This document shows, piece by piece, positions 41,752-53,231 of a stretch of 64,000 bases of DNA; position 1 is the first letter of the stretch, and each line of letters starts with the position of its first letter. Source of the DNA: Andalucia godoyi And28 (taxonomy: Eukaryota > Protista > Jakobida); contig VRVR01000024.1 of assembly GCA_009859145.1 (NCBI GenBank), forward strand, positions 128,749-192,748, written 5' to 3'. The notes under the pieces were generated by a model that saw only the letters and a list, made by a program, of their open reading frames with translations, searched no databases and was not told where the DNA came from. Position numbers and translations under genes: made by a program.

Positions 41752-44673
41752 CTAGACATGATCGTGATTTCCGACAACAGGCCGCAAGGCAGGGGGATCT
41801 TCTGGGAAAAGAAAAGGACCAATTTCTCGAAAGACCCAATCCCAAATGATAGGCGCAAAGAACTCGGGAGCATCCGGATCCTCTTGATAGCGGAAGCGTT
41901 CTGCGGCGAGGCGGGTGTCGGCAACAGGACGAAACTTTGTGGCACCTCGCTCCAAAGCGCGCAGTACAGACTCATTACTGTCAAACTCGACGCCTGCATC
42001 TACCAAACATTTGGAAAAATGGTCAATAACCTTTGACAGCATCTTCACAGACAATGCTCTGGGAAGCACGAGATGGAGGTTATTCATCAGTGACGAATCT
42101 GGGGAAGGCCGATTTCCCACCTGGTGAACCGCATTCAAAACGGGATCTGTTTGTAGTGAAACCAGTGTCGCGATGACATCCAAGTTCCTTTCGGGACGAT
42201 TCAAAACCAATCCGCAGACAACAACGCATGCCATGTTGGTCACGGATACCAATTGCTTAAATGCAGAATCTTCAGAACCGTCGATAAGGTGCTCCGCGAC
42301 GGGAAGGTTCCGGTTCTCAAACGAGGAAGATCGAGGGAGTTGCGATCGCGGGGACTGTCGTTTCTGCGAATTCGCGGGAGACCCCGGGAGAGAGGATCCT
42401 CGTTTGTCACAATACGCAGAGGCCCAGCGAGCAAGAACGCAAAGCAAGCGCACCAGAGAATTCGCAACCGACGGATGTAGCTTCGAGCAGTGGGGCGCAA
42501 TGTTGACCATGACTGCCAGCGAATTGGCGAACAATTCCCATTCTTCGTCTCCCATTGACTGTTGCTCGTCACCAGACTCATCCCGATTTGACAGCAAGGT
42601 AGATGTCGAATACAAGCCTTCAATGGTAGCAAAGACCACCCGGCACAAGATTGAAATCATGACAGACAGCACTGAAACTTGGACTCGAGAACGCTCAAGA
42701 GGCTGCGGAAGCCACCGGCCCGTCAAATCACTCTTTTTTATGTACGAAGACCCCAGGTATTCGAGGAGCGGATCGTCTTCAGAAATAACCAAAAGCGAAA
42801 GAACCAGAGTGTGCGACAGTGACAAGAGTGACGCACGTTCGTGCTCCAAGGATCGAACGGACGTCGATTTGGAAGCCTCGGCGCCATGATTTGATGCACT
42901 GTTCAGCGTCTTTGCATCACCACAGATGGTCGAGGTTCGAAAGCAAGCAACGGACAGCAGCTTCAGAACCGGGAGAACCAGGCGCTGGGAAACGTCGGAC
43001 CTGGAAAATGCATACGTTCGAAAGGAACGGCAATGTACGAGAAAACAGTACAGCGTCATTGCATGCGCATGCAGAAGCGAGATCGAGATCGAGATCTTGG
43101 AAGATGTCGCCAACGATGCGGCAGCAGAGGAAGCGGAGGACGATGATGACGACAACGACGACGACGAAGGGCCAGAAGTTGCAGAGCTCGACGGACGTGC
43201 ATGAGTAGTTGTTGCGGTCGTGTTTGGAGCAGATCTGAAGGAGAGGAAAGGGATGGAAGGAAGCGACGGCATCTTTGGAATCCAGGATGCAGAGGACACT
43301 TGGTCAGTGACGGTTGAAGACCATTGAGAAACTGCAGGTGGCAAAAACTTGTTCAGGAACGAGTCTTCGGTGGAACGCCCAGAACCAAACTTCTGAATCC
43401 CCCGGTACAACCCAAACGCCGACTCTGACGCAGACCATTTGTCCTGCCGAATCCCCACAAACGCGATTTCCCGTTGCAGGGCAGCAGAAAACGAATCCAA
43501 CAGCAAGCTGAACAGCGCGCAGTCTTCCGAGGAATCTGCACGTAATGCAAATGCAAGGGCCCTGGAAACGGCAGATCTGTCATAAAACAAGTTAACATAA
43601 CCCGTTGTGCTGTCTTGAGGATTCAGTTCAGATGGAGACGCAGCAAAGCTATCCGCAACCGTCGCCGGCAGGTACGTCAAGCACACAAACAGCAGTGGTG
43701 AGTATGCCGGAAATGCGCTACTCACCATTACGGCATGCATCTTTTGCACAATCCCTGGGGAAGTAATCAGAAACTGCATGAAGGAGTCGTCTCGAAACAG
43801 CAACGATAGCAACACAACCGATCGAAGCGGATGATCCGAGGATTTCCCGTGTATCTGCGAAATGAAGAACCACTCGAGTTCATTCCGAAACAAGTTGCCA
43901 TTGTCCAAATCATCCAAAGTAAGCGCAGAGTCTTTGTTCGTTCCTGAAATCGACGTATCTGGACGGGACGCTACGGTCAAATTCTCGCAACAGATGTGTT
44001 TCCACCATCCGTTTTCAATTGCCAATGAAACAAGCATGCACCAGCCACCAGCACTCGCCCTCTTTCCATCGACGGCTGTGACCATTTCTCTCCAAACGAG
44101 TCTCCAGTGTGATTTATGGACTGTAAATCGCTGCACCGCAATCGGGATTGCGCTTCTCGACAGCTGTTGCGCAACATGAAACACAGAGCCTGCTCCGGAC
44201 CGGTCCAACGCATCAGCAGCAACACTCTCATTTGCAGCAGTCATCATCGACGCCGATGAGTACGAGCACGAGCACAGCGTTGAAGCAAGTGCGAGCATTT
44301 TTGAAACATCCAATGAACTCAGCACATTGTCCATCGACGCAATCTCGGGGTCTGACAGAGGAATGCAAGTCGACAATCTCGACAAGGACGTGCACTCAGC
44401 ATTTGTAAACACATTAATAGAGTCCCTTCTCCGGGGATCATGACCCTTTGGAGGTGGAGGTGACAGTGGAGGTGGCATGGGTCCGTCATGAAGTGGCCTT
44501 CGGTCAGTGTGCAAAATCGGCTTCTCCGACGTCGTTCCAGCAGCTGTCGCAGTTGTAGTTGTAGGACTTGGCCCTTGGCTTGGAATTTGACTTTGACTTG
44601 GCGCCAGTGGAACGGACGCATTGCGGCTTTGCTCAGATGCATTTGATTGTCCAACAGACAGAGTTGTACCCAT
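41752..44673 (-). CDS. DYM: Dymeclin (Golgi protein)
   Basis: N-terminal MG (myristoylation), LYCFLVHCRSFRTYAFSRSD...LPVLKLL, LVISED, NSLAVMVNIAP, and C-terminal FRYQED...EFFAPIIW. Confidence 0.8.
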   Translation of the reverse strand: MGTTLSVGQSNASEQSRNASVPLAPSQSQIPSQGPSPTTTTATAAGTTSEKPILHTDRRPLHDGPMPPPLSPPPPKGHDPRRRDSINVFTNAECTSLSRLSTCIPLSDPEIASMDNVLSSLDVSKMLALASTLCSCSYSSASMMTAANESVAADALDRSGAGSVFHVAQQLSRSAIPIAVQRFTVHKSHWRLVWREMVTAVDGKRASAGGWCMLVSLAIENGWWKHICCENLTVASRPDTSISGTNKDSALTLDDLDNGNLFRNELEWFFISQIHGKSSDHPLRSVVLLSLLFRDDSFMQFLITSPGIVQKMHAVMVSSAFPAYSPLLFVCLTYLPATVADSFAASPSELNPQDSTTGYVNLFYDRSAVSRALAFALRADSSEDCALFSLLLDSFSAALQREIAFVGIRQDKWSASESAFGLYRGIQKFGSGRSTEDSFLNKFLPPAVSQWSSTVTDQVSSASWIPKMPSLPSIPFLSFRSAPNTTATTTHARPSSSATSGPSSSSLSSSSSSASSAAASLATSSKISISISLLHAHAMTLYCFLVHCRSFRTYAFSRSDVSQRLVLPVLKLLSVACFRTSTICGDAKTLNSASNHGAEASKSTSVRSLEHERASLLSLSHTLVLSLLVISEDDPLLEYLGSSYIKKSDLTGRWLPQPLERSRVQVSVLSVMISILCRVVFATIEGLYSTSTLLSNRDESGDEQQSMGDEEWELFANSLAVMVNIAPHCSKLHPSVANSLVRLLCVLARWASAYCDKRGSSLPGSPANSQKRQSPRSQLPRSSSFENRNLPVAEHLIDGSEDSAFKQLVSVTNMACVVVCGLVLNRPERNLDVIATLVSLQTDPVLNAVHQVGNRPSPDSSLMNNLHLVLPRALSVKMLSKVIDHFSKCLVDAGVEFDSNESVLRALERGATKFRPVADTRLAAERFRYQEDPDAPEFFAPIIWDWVFREIGPFLFPEDPPALRPVVGNHDHV

Positions 44674-44936
44674 ACTCTCTCATGCACAACAACCCTCAAC
44701 AATCACCAAGGAACAGTACTGTGATAATAACAATTGATCAGCTTGTATGTGTGTATTCTTTGGCTTCAGTCGCCAGTCGGATTGTCGGGTTTGCTGGGTT
44801 GTCAGACTCGTCGTTGCCCTTCACTGTCCCAACTATTTAAATGCGTTTTTATCTCTTACCATCATTATCATTGTCATTATTATTATTGCTACATTTTGCA
44901 CATTTACTTGTCAAAGAGGATTCGTTTTCTTATTCG

Positions 44937-44965
44937 GATGCTTGATGCTTGATGCTTGATGCTTG
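44937..44965. repeat. Tandem heptamer (GATGCTT)4
   Basis: Directly visible in the DYM/CFAP410 divergent promoter region. Confidence 0.9.
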
Positions 44966-45168
44966 GTTTTTCTGAAAACAGTTTGAAAGACACGTTCGGG
45001 AAAATACCCGATTGAGATGCCGCGTCGTTTTTTATCGATGTCAACTTCCCATCTCTAATTTCCCGCACAGTGGTTGGATTGTTTTCATTTTTTTGACTGG
45101 TGTTTTGTAGATCGCATTGTTCGTTATAGGGGGCTACTAGTATTCATTCAGTCAGTCAGGGAAGAGGG

Positions 45169-45199
<31 letters not shown>

Positions 45200-45208
45200 A
45201 GGAAGCCA

Positions 45209-46150
45209 ATGACGCAGCTAACAGACTTCCATTTGCGATCGCGGACTCGACAGGAGCTGTCTGCGATTACACATTTGAATTTGTGTGGACACCACCTTAC
45301 GGATGTTTCGATCCTGGTGAATTGTCGGCGGTTGCAGGTGCTCTCTGTTGCGGTGAACTGTCTGGATGAAAACCAGCTGATGTATATATCGGAATTGACG
45401 AATCTCAAAGAGCTGTCGTTGAGAGCAAACAACATAGCAGACATCCGAAGAGCGTGCCATCACTTGAAGAAGCTGCCCGTGCTGCAAAAGTTGTGGCTTT
45501 TGGGAAATCCGTGCGTCGAGGCGGTGGGTGGGGACCAGAATTACAGAGACTTTGTTTGGACCGAACTTCCGCAGATTGACATGCTCGATGATCGTACTCG
45601 TCCTTTGGAGCAGGAAGGACAAGGGGAGGACAAGGACAAGAGGAAAGCGGAGTTGGTGGAGAACTTGGGTCGCAGCAATGCAGTCCGTAATGCAGCAGAT
45701 GGAGAATTCAAGGTCCATCGCGTCGCCGAGATTCGCAGTTTTCCCAATGCCAATGCCAATGCCAGTGCCAGTGCCAATCAGCATGATGGCGGGCTAAAGA
45801 AAGGTGCTGGCAATATTCGATATTCAGAGTCCAATGTGACGCAGCGAGTACAAGACCTGAATGACGTGCTCCGGCTTGTTCCGAAACTTGCGGCCGAGGA
45901 TCTCGAAGTAGTCTTTGCGGCCGTCCAAGTCCAGCTCCAACGCGCCAAAGAAAAGGGAAATCATCCGTTGATCTTTGCGTCTCCAGAGAAGCAGCTGCCA
46001 CTCCAACAACCGCAAGGAACTGCTGCTGCACGAGCCGTCGCATCCTCCCCCTCAACACCAGAACGATGCTCCAATCGCGTCGTTGCTATCGACTCGCAAA
46101 ACACTCCATCAAAACGTAGTGCCGACCGTGCAATCGTTGGATTCCATTAA
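45209..46150 (+). CDS. CFAP410: CFAP410 (C21orf2)-like LRR protein
   Basis: LNLCGHHLTDVSI, VLSVAVN, LKELSLRANNI, LWLLGNPC, YRDFV..ELPQIDMLD, plus short C-terminal helical motif (VLRLVPKL..EDLEVV). Confidence 0.8.
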   Translation: MTQLTDFHLRSRTRQELSAITHLNLCGHHLTDVSILVNCRRLQVLSVAVNCLDENQLMYISELTNLKELSLRANNIADIRRACHHLKKLPVLQKLWLLGNPCVEAVGGDQNYRDFVWTELPQIDMLDDRTRPLEQEGQGEDKDKRKAELVENLGRSNAVRNAADGEFKVHRVAEIRSFPNANANASASANQHDGGLKKGAGNIRYSESNVTQRVQDLNDVLRLVPKLAAEDLEVVFAAVQVQLQRAKEKGNHPLIFASPEKQLPLQQPQGTAAARAVASSPSTPERCSNRVVAIDSQNTPSKRSADRAIVGFH

Positions 46151-46301
46151 TCGCATTTCTGTACAAAATCGTCATCTTCCTCTTCTGTATCGTCATCATC
46201 TTCTTTTCAAGCAGTAGTCTCCATGTACGTTACCTGTACCGATGACACGAAAAAAATGTCTTTCTTCGTTCGTACTGTCTATTGTAAAAAGAATTCCGCT
46301 C

Positions 46302-46411
46302 AAGTGCTGGGGGCCTACCCTCTTCCCGTCCATGGCGACATGGTCCGGGTTGCAACACTGAGTACGCATGACTGGCGATGATCAACCATCATTAGTGTAA
46401 TAACGTAAGCG
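46302..46411 (+). mobile_element. Short 3' fragment (copy D) of dispersed repeat family
   Basis: gtgctgggggcctaccc...tgcaacactgagta...gcgatgat...taacgtaagcg, colinear with 8968-9076; followed by (TG)n. Confidence 0.6.

Positions 46412-46412
<1 letters not shown>

Positions 46413-46450
<38 letters not shown>
46413..46450. repeat. (TG)n microsatellite abutting repeat copy D
   Basis: Directly visible. Confidence 0.95.
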
Positions 46451-46453
<3 letters not shown>

Positions 46454-46797
46454 AATCTTTGATCGTCGGTTAACCAACACTGCAATAGTATCAATTAGAA
46501 CCAATTAGCATAGATGTAGCGGTATGTTGTGGACACGCACGCCAAGTTCTCAACACCTGTAAAAACAACACTAGCCATTATTATTACAAAGACCCGAAAG
46601 GCGAAGAAGTCGATGTTGCTGCAAAGACTCAGCAGTCTCGCAAAGCAAAAGAAGAAAGAAAGAAATACTCATTGGACTGGAGGTGCTGCGAAGTTTTTGG
46701 GATTGGAGGGGATCATATTTTGTCTGTTTTGCGCGATTGACGATTGTTGTGAGTGACCCGCGGTGCAGCTTGGAATTCAGGTTTGGGACATTACACA

Positions 46798-48078
46798 ATG
46801 AGCTCGTTGGAAGAGAGTGCGTCAAAGAATGCACAATTAGGACAGCAACGGAAGGAGAATGAGAAGGAGAATGAGAAGGAGAAGGAGAAGAAGAAGCAAG
46901 GAGAAGAGGAAGAGGAGGACTGGGAGGTCAAGGGACCGCCAGTGTATGACCGACCGGAGATTCCGATGAGCCATGCAATTTTCCAGACAAGATTAACGGA
47001 CTCCATGCTGCAGAATGATGAAACGATTGCCGCGATGCAGAGTCTTATTTATGACGAAACAACACCGGATGAACGGGCGAGGAATTGGAAAAACACGGCG
47101 AACGAGATGCTGGGTTTGAAGACCGAGGCTGGAGCCCGGAATGCAATTGGATACTACACCCAAGCGCTGCAGGAAGAGCTTACGGACATGGAGCTCAAGT
47201 CACAATTGCTCAATAATCGGTCGCAGGCGAATCTGCAGATCAAGAACTACGGACATGCGATTGAGGATGCAAGGGCCGTGCTGGCACTTCGTTCGTATGC
47301 TGGTGAATCGGCGGTAGTGAAGGCGTGTTTTCGAGGAGCGAAAGGTGCATCGGCTGTGAGTCGGTATGACGACACGATCGACTTCTGCGATTGCGCTTTA
47401 AAGATACTTCGGCCAATGCTTTCTGGGGAACGGGCATTGAAGATGGCGGAGAAGGATCGAAAGCGTGAGGAAGAGCTGAAGAGCCAGTTCGAACAGATGC
47501 TGAAAGAGTCTGCGGCAAAGCGAACCGAGGTGGAGCGAAAGAGAGAGAAGGATGAAAAGGAACGGAAGAAGAGAAACAAGCTGTGGGGTGAGTTGAAGAG
47601 GAGACTGATTCGCATTGGACCGATGGAGATACCCGAAGGAACAGTCCAAGGGGGAGAGTTCCGGCTTGATTACGATGTGTCAGACACCGGGGAGCTATCA
47701 TTGCCGTGTGTGGTGCTCTATGATCAGCTAGGGCAGTCCGATTTCATTAACCGAGTCTCGGAGTTTCATCCCTTGTCGGCGCAATTAGAACAGCTATTCC
47801 CGGTCCCGTGGGATCCGTCGCTTTCGCTGCAGTCCGTCAAGTGCTTCTATCTCTCGCGTTTTGGACAGTATGTGCCGTTTTCACATTCTGCATTGACGTT
47901 CGGAGAGCTGTGGCGCAAGGATGACTACTTCTTGCACGAAGGAATGTGTGTTATCCACGTGGTCATGAATGAAACTGACGAGCAAAAGGCGTTTGTAAAG
48001 CAGTGGATGCGCAGCAGTCCGGGCTCTAGCTGGGAAGCCAAGTTTGATCAGTTCCAATACGAGGAACTTGGCAAGTAA
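46798..48078 (+). CDS. TTC4: Hsp70/Hsp90 co-chaperone TTC4/Cns1
   Basis: IFQTRL, TPDERARNWKNTANE, AIGYYTQAL, LLNNRSQANLQIKNYGHAIED TPRs and C-terminal LPCVVLYDQLGQSDFI domain. Confidence 0.85.
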   Translation: MSSLEESASKNAQLGQQRKENEKENEKEKEKKKQGEEEEEDWEVKGPPVYDRPEIPMSHAIFQTRLTDSMLQNDETIAAMQSLIYDETTPDERARNWKNTANEMLGLKTEAGARNAIGYYTQALQEELTDMELKSQLLNNRSQANLQIKNYGHAIEDARAVLALRSYAGESAVVKACFRGAKGASAVSRYDDTIDFCDCALKILRPMLSGERALKMAEKDRKREEELKSQFEQMLKESAAKRTEVERKREKDEKERKKRNKLWGELKRRLIRIGPMEIPEGTVQGGEFRLDYDVSDTGELSLPCVVLYDQLGQSDFINRVSEFHPLSAQLEQLFPVPWDPSLSLQSVKCFYLSRFGQYVPFSHSALTFGELWRKDDYFLHEGMCVIHVVMNETDEQKAFVKQWMRSSPGSSWEAKFDQFQYEELGK

Positions 48079-48291
48079 GCAGCGGTAAAAAGTAGAAGAA
48101 GGAAGGAAGGAAGGAAGGAAGGGAAAAAATAGTAATAATAATAATACTAAATAAACTGAAACATGATTTCCTTTACATTTGTGCAAAGAGATGACAGTCG
48201 CGCGCGCACGCACGCACACACAACAAGAGAGATCCCGTCATTTTTGTCAACCCAGCGACTTTGTCGGCTTCTTCTTCCTCTCTCCTTTCAT

Positions 48292-51200
48292 TTAGTATCC
48301 AACTCGGCCGGGATAGCGGTTGAAGTTCCAGTATGTCATGACGAGATCCTGGGGCGAGTCGTTGTTCGAGCCCATGCATCCAACATATCCACCACCACGG
48401 TCGTTGAGAATGACCCAATCTGTGGTTGCCGACGGCGTGATTCCCGTCTGGAGCATCGTGATTTCACCAACAAGCACCGGCCGATCCATGTTGTCCATGA
48501 AAATCGTCACCGTTCCAGCATGCGTGGAGAAGGAAGGCAAGTACCACAATTTCACTTTGTGCTCATCTCCATCGGACATGTTCGGAATGGAAGGCGTCGC
48601 TGCAATCAGCTGGTCCTTGGAGTGATCAAGGGTGATTGCCGCACCAGACAGGGGGATCGTTCCGAGAGTCGAAATTCCGGCTGCAAAAATTGCAACATGG
48701 TTATCTGCGTACGAGACATACTCCGTGGCGTTGATCCACCAGTGCTCAACACCCTGCTTTGGATCGTAAAAGTCCTTGTTGTGCCAGGTGTCGTGCTCCA
48801 CCAGCATCATCTTCTTGTTGGTGACCAAGCTGAATCCCATATTTGCCATTGCAGACGCGCCGACCGATGCGGTATTGATTTCAGTGGCAACATCATAAGG
48901 ACCAGTGATACCGTGGACGAAACATGCAAAGCCGTCGCCTCCGCCGCAAAATCCATCGTCGCCTCCGCAAAGGTATTTGTTCAAGACAGTGAATCCGTAG
49001 TTCATCTCCCAACCATCTTTCAAGTACACTTCTTCCGCGTAGACGAAGCCGTTCACTTCTGGTGTTCCTTTTCTGGGATACAAGTATCCAGCCGTGACGG
49101 CATCATTAGCAGTCTTCGTGCGTCGGTTGAGACGGAAGCCGTATGCACCGGAAGGAAGTACAAATCGATCTCCCTGACCGATCTTGAACAGGGTTTCCTT
49201 GATCGTCGCATGTCCGGCCACGGCTGCGGTCGGATGGTACGGGACAACCAGCGCCGTGGATTCTGCTGTGTGCGATGTGAACTGCGTGCACTGCCATGGG
49301 TTCGTGCTGATGCCAAGAGTCGTGGAAGAAAGCCAGTCTCGGCACTCGAAGTTCGGAAAATCGGGGTCATAAAACAAGCGGATCTTGTACTCGGACGGCC
49401 CGGACTTTTGAGGATACTGATTGTCACCGTAGACTGCAAAACAGATTCCACCGTTTTCCGACGGGGTTTGGAAGGAAGTATGCATGTCCGCTTGGAGAAT
49501 GTCAATGGCCCACGGATTCGATTCACGAATCGAGGTGTAGTGGAAGTTGTCCAAAGTCACGAGATTGCAAGTGGATTGCAGTGTGCGCAGAGCAACCAGA
49601 TCGATGTTATCTCCGAGGCTCTTGGAATCATGGGTCATGACAACAATGTGGACATTCAGGTATCGATTAGGAGGCTGAACGAAGTATCTTGCGTACATGT
49701 TGGGCCACACTGTTTCCAGGAACGTTCGCTCATACACAACCGAGTTGATTGTCAAGCTGGCATCTTCGGGGAACGGGAACCATGTATCCGATCTGTAGCG
49801 ACGCTGGTTGTTCAGTGTTCCAATCTGAGTTCGTTTGTCACCGTACAACACGGCGTCCAGGTTACAGGCCTTTACATGCATGCTCATCTTGAACTGCACG
49901 TTGTGCGCTGGAGCAGTACCGTCAAACGGAGTGCAGACTCCTCCAAGACTGTTGCGACCAAAGTCTCCGGAGAGAATTTCAGCAGGAGGAATCTGGAAAG
50001 CGCATCCAGAATACGCTGCGCACATTCCGCACACAGAACGGTCTCGGCGAGACTGTTCTCCAAAGGACGGAAATCCCACACTTTCGTCTGCGTTGAAATC
50101 AACTTGCTTGAAAGCCGTGAACCAGCTACAAGTGCCTTCTGTCAGAAGGATGACTCCATTCTGCGTTACTGTGTTACCAAAGTACGCGGCGTCCATGAAT
50201 TTCTTGTTCAGAAGTGGAGAAACAACACTGTCAATCGGCTGGTCGTTGAAAGACGCCTTAAGCGGGATGGCAGCGAAGTCGATGCCCCCAGGTGTTCCCG
50301 CGTTGTACTGGAACAGACGTCCGTCAGTGGCCAAAAACAACTGATACGTGGGGGTCCCTAACGCGTTGGAGAACAAGCGTGCAGCAGTCACTCGCGGCGA
50401 TCCAGTAAAGAGCGACGAGGAACTGTCGAAAACAACGCTCCAACTGCTGCTGGCGTACTTTCTGATGTAGCCCGTACTGTCAAGAGCCACGAAACCTCCT
50501 GTAATTGGTACCGCTTGCACAATTCCGGTTGGGGCAGCAGCCACTGCAGTCGCGGCCGTGCAAGAGACGCCACAAGTGTACACAATGGTGGTTGCTGCTT
50601 GCGCATACGCGTACGATCCAAGGTTTCCACTTGCTGTTGCCGTGGCAACCGGTCTTCCAACAAATGCATATCCCTCGGCATTGCATTCAAGTCCAATGAA
50701 CTCGTAACCAGAGCCCGTTGTCACGGTGACCGTGGTCCAAGTAATGGATGCTCCACTTGTTGACCCACATCCAATCGTACCATCGCCTGCACACAGTGAG
50801 AGGGAAGAAAAGAAGAAGAGAAAGCCATTAGAATGTTGACGGAAAAGCGTGCATTATAACGTGCAGAAAAGGGGGGAAAACAGCACACCCACACACACAA
50901 AACAAAACACATACTCATCAGTGCACAAGCCGTCGTTTCAGCTGCGCAGATTTTGGTTGGTATGACGGCTCCATTTGCAGGGGTAAAAGCCGCAGCACCA
51001 ATAGTACCGGTACTGGGTGCCCATGCGTGAACAATGCCTGCGTTCGTCAGACCGATGATCTTTGAGCCATCAGAGGCAATGGCCGCATCGACGAACACGG
51101 CAGTACTCGCGATATTGCAAGTAGCAAGCGTTGCGGGCGCCGCAGCATTTGTTGCGCACGAATACACATTGCCGTTGCTTCCGAGCGCAACAACATATGT

Positions 51201-51365
51201 CGCAGTCTTTGCAGTCGTGATTCTTCGAACCTTGACGGCCGCATCCGTCATAACCTTTGCAAATGTTGTACCAGTCGTGGCCCACACTTCCTGTGCTGTC
51301 GAGGCAGCAAAGAGGGAGCAGAGACAAGCGAAGCCAATCGCCAAAAGAAAAAGTTCCTTCTTCAT
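48292..51365 (-). CDS. Secreted multidomain lectin-like protein (about 981 aa); exons 50915-51365 and 48292-50786
   Basis: Signal peptide MKKELFLLAIGFACLCSLFAASTA; GTATGT...TGCAG intron 50787-50914 joins the two ORFs in frame (phase 1); C-terminal legume-type lectin motifs GGDGFACF, VEHDTWHN, NHVAI, MSDGDEH. Confidence 0.85.
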
Positions 51366-51490
51366 TCTCTTCCTCCTAGGATCTTTTCCTTTCTCTTCTT
51401 TTGTTGGCGAACTTCAAGATACCTCGGAACCAAAAACCAAACCAAATCAAACCCAAAAAAAGAAAAGGAAAAAACAAGAAAAGAAAAGAG

Positions 51491-51493
<3 letters not shown>

Positions 51494-51556
<63 letters not shown>
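51494..51556. repeat. (GA)n microsatellite
   Basis: Directly visible, upstream of the lectin gene. Confidence 0.95.
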
Positions 51557-51559
<3 letters not shown>

Positions 51560-52049
51560 AAGAAAAGAGAGACAAGGAAACTGGAAAGGCCCTAGCAGCC
51601 AGGAAAATGAGGAAGTCAGGAAATTCAAAAGGGAAGAAGGAAGAAGGAAGAAGGAAGAAGGAAAAAGGAAGAAGGAAGAAGAAAACGAAGAGGTGGTGAA
51701 ATTGAAAGAAGAAAAAAGAAGCTAAGGAGGAAGAGCAAGGACCTGCGACATAGAAACGAGAAGAAGGAAAAACAAAAGCGTGGGTTAGAAAACGTGAGAA
51801 AACCCCCACGAGGAGCACTGGGGCGCGGGTTAAGGACATGGAAGACTGCTTGCATTGCATTCGTGTTTGTTGACAGGTGGTGATTTTTCCCTATTCCGAA
51901 ACAGGTAGTGAGTACGAGTAGTTGCTTGGGTCGTAAGCAATACGACAGCTCGGGAATTCTCTCTCTCGGCACGAAGCACCCGAGGAGACATATGTGTTTC
52001 TTTTAAATAAAATATATAAAAAAGTGAACCATTCTTCGGAAAGAAAGAA

Positions 52050-52934
52050 TCATTCATCGACCGAGGAGCTACCGCCGCCGATGGAGTCCGCGAATCCGGC
52101 CAGCATGTCTGGAGAATACTCGGATCCGCGAATGCGAATCGTATAGCAGAGTGATTCGAGTTTTCGCAAGCTTTGCTCCATCACCTCCAGTTTCTTTCCA
52201 AGATCTCTTAATCCCAGCCCAGACCCTGATGCCGACGGCTTGGAAGCCAGCTGGATCGCTTGGAACTCGCGCAGCATGCATCCGACAAACTCAGTCACAT
52301 GGAACACAAGCTCCTGGTTGCGGACGTTCGAAGTGGCGTACTTCATGAGCTCACCCGTTAAGTCGCAGAGCCCCGAAACATAGTCCGTCCACGAAACCAT
52401 CAGAAGAGCTTTGCACAACCCAACATGCGGCTCCCTGTCCCTCGACCCTCCGAGTGCAGCAGCATCAGCAGCAGCAGCAAGTACGTCATCGAGAAACTGC
52501 TTTGGAACCAGAGTCTGTCCATGTGCGATGTAATAATAGAAAGACACGGCCTCGACCCACTCTTGGATCCCAGAGGACAAGCTCCCGACGTATCGGTAGG
52601 CTTCCGCCTCCGAGAAGTCTACACACTCAGACACGAGCTCAAAAACAATCCTCGCAATGTTCTTTGCAACCACTTGAATCTTCTCAAGACACAACTGCAG
52701 TGGCTCTTCTCGGTGAATCGAAAACACAATCTTCTTGGACTGCGCCGTCACATCTCGGCTTTGCTTGAAAACTCGCTCTTTGCGCTCGTAATGCAGCTCA
52801 AGCTGTGATGCACATTTGGAAAACGTATCTCTTAGCGGAAAATCACCACCACCATCACCGTCGCCCCCTCCGCCAACACTGCTGGACTTTGTCGCGCGAG
52901 GTACTTTACTCGACGGCCCCACAACGTCTTCCAT
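52050..52934 (-). CDS. TSNAX: Translin-associated factor X (TRAX)
   Basis: ERKERVFKQSRDVTAQSKKIVFSIHR, SSGIQEWVEAVSF, DYVSGLCDLTGELMKYA (acidic catalytic residues intact). Confidence 0.92.
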   Translation of the reverse strand: MEDVVGPSSKVPRATKSSSVGGGGDGDGGGDFPLRDTFSKCASQLELHYERKERVFKQSRDVTAQSKKIVFSIHREEPLQLCLEKIQVVAKNIARIVFELVSECVDFSEAEAYRYVGSLSSGIQEWVEAVSFYYYIAHGQTLVPKQFLDDVLAAAADAAALGGSRDREPHVGLCKALLMVSWTDYVSGLCDLTGELMKYATSNVRNQELVFHVTEFVGCMLREFQAIQLASKPSASGSGLGLRDLGKKLEVMEQSLRKLESLCYTIRIRGSEYSPDMLAGFADSIGGGSSSVDE

Positions 52935-53231
52935 AAGATCCTTTTTTTAAAATGTTATACACACACATATATTTTTGTTATTAAAATTACGCTGTCTCAA
53001 AAAATAATATAAATAAATTAAAATAATCCACCAAAGAGCTTTTCAGCAGTCTGGAGTTGTGGCAGCCGTGTCTTGGAGAGAGAGACTGGTCTAATTTGCA
53101 TCTTTTGCGGGTTTTGCCAAAAGCATTCCGATAAAAGCTTCCTGCTTTGAATTTCTGTTTTTCTTTCTGTGTCTTTCTCTCTCTCCCTCTCACTTTCCGT
53201 CTTCTTTTTTGTTGCTGATTCCGGGTAGTCA

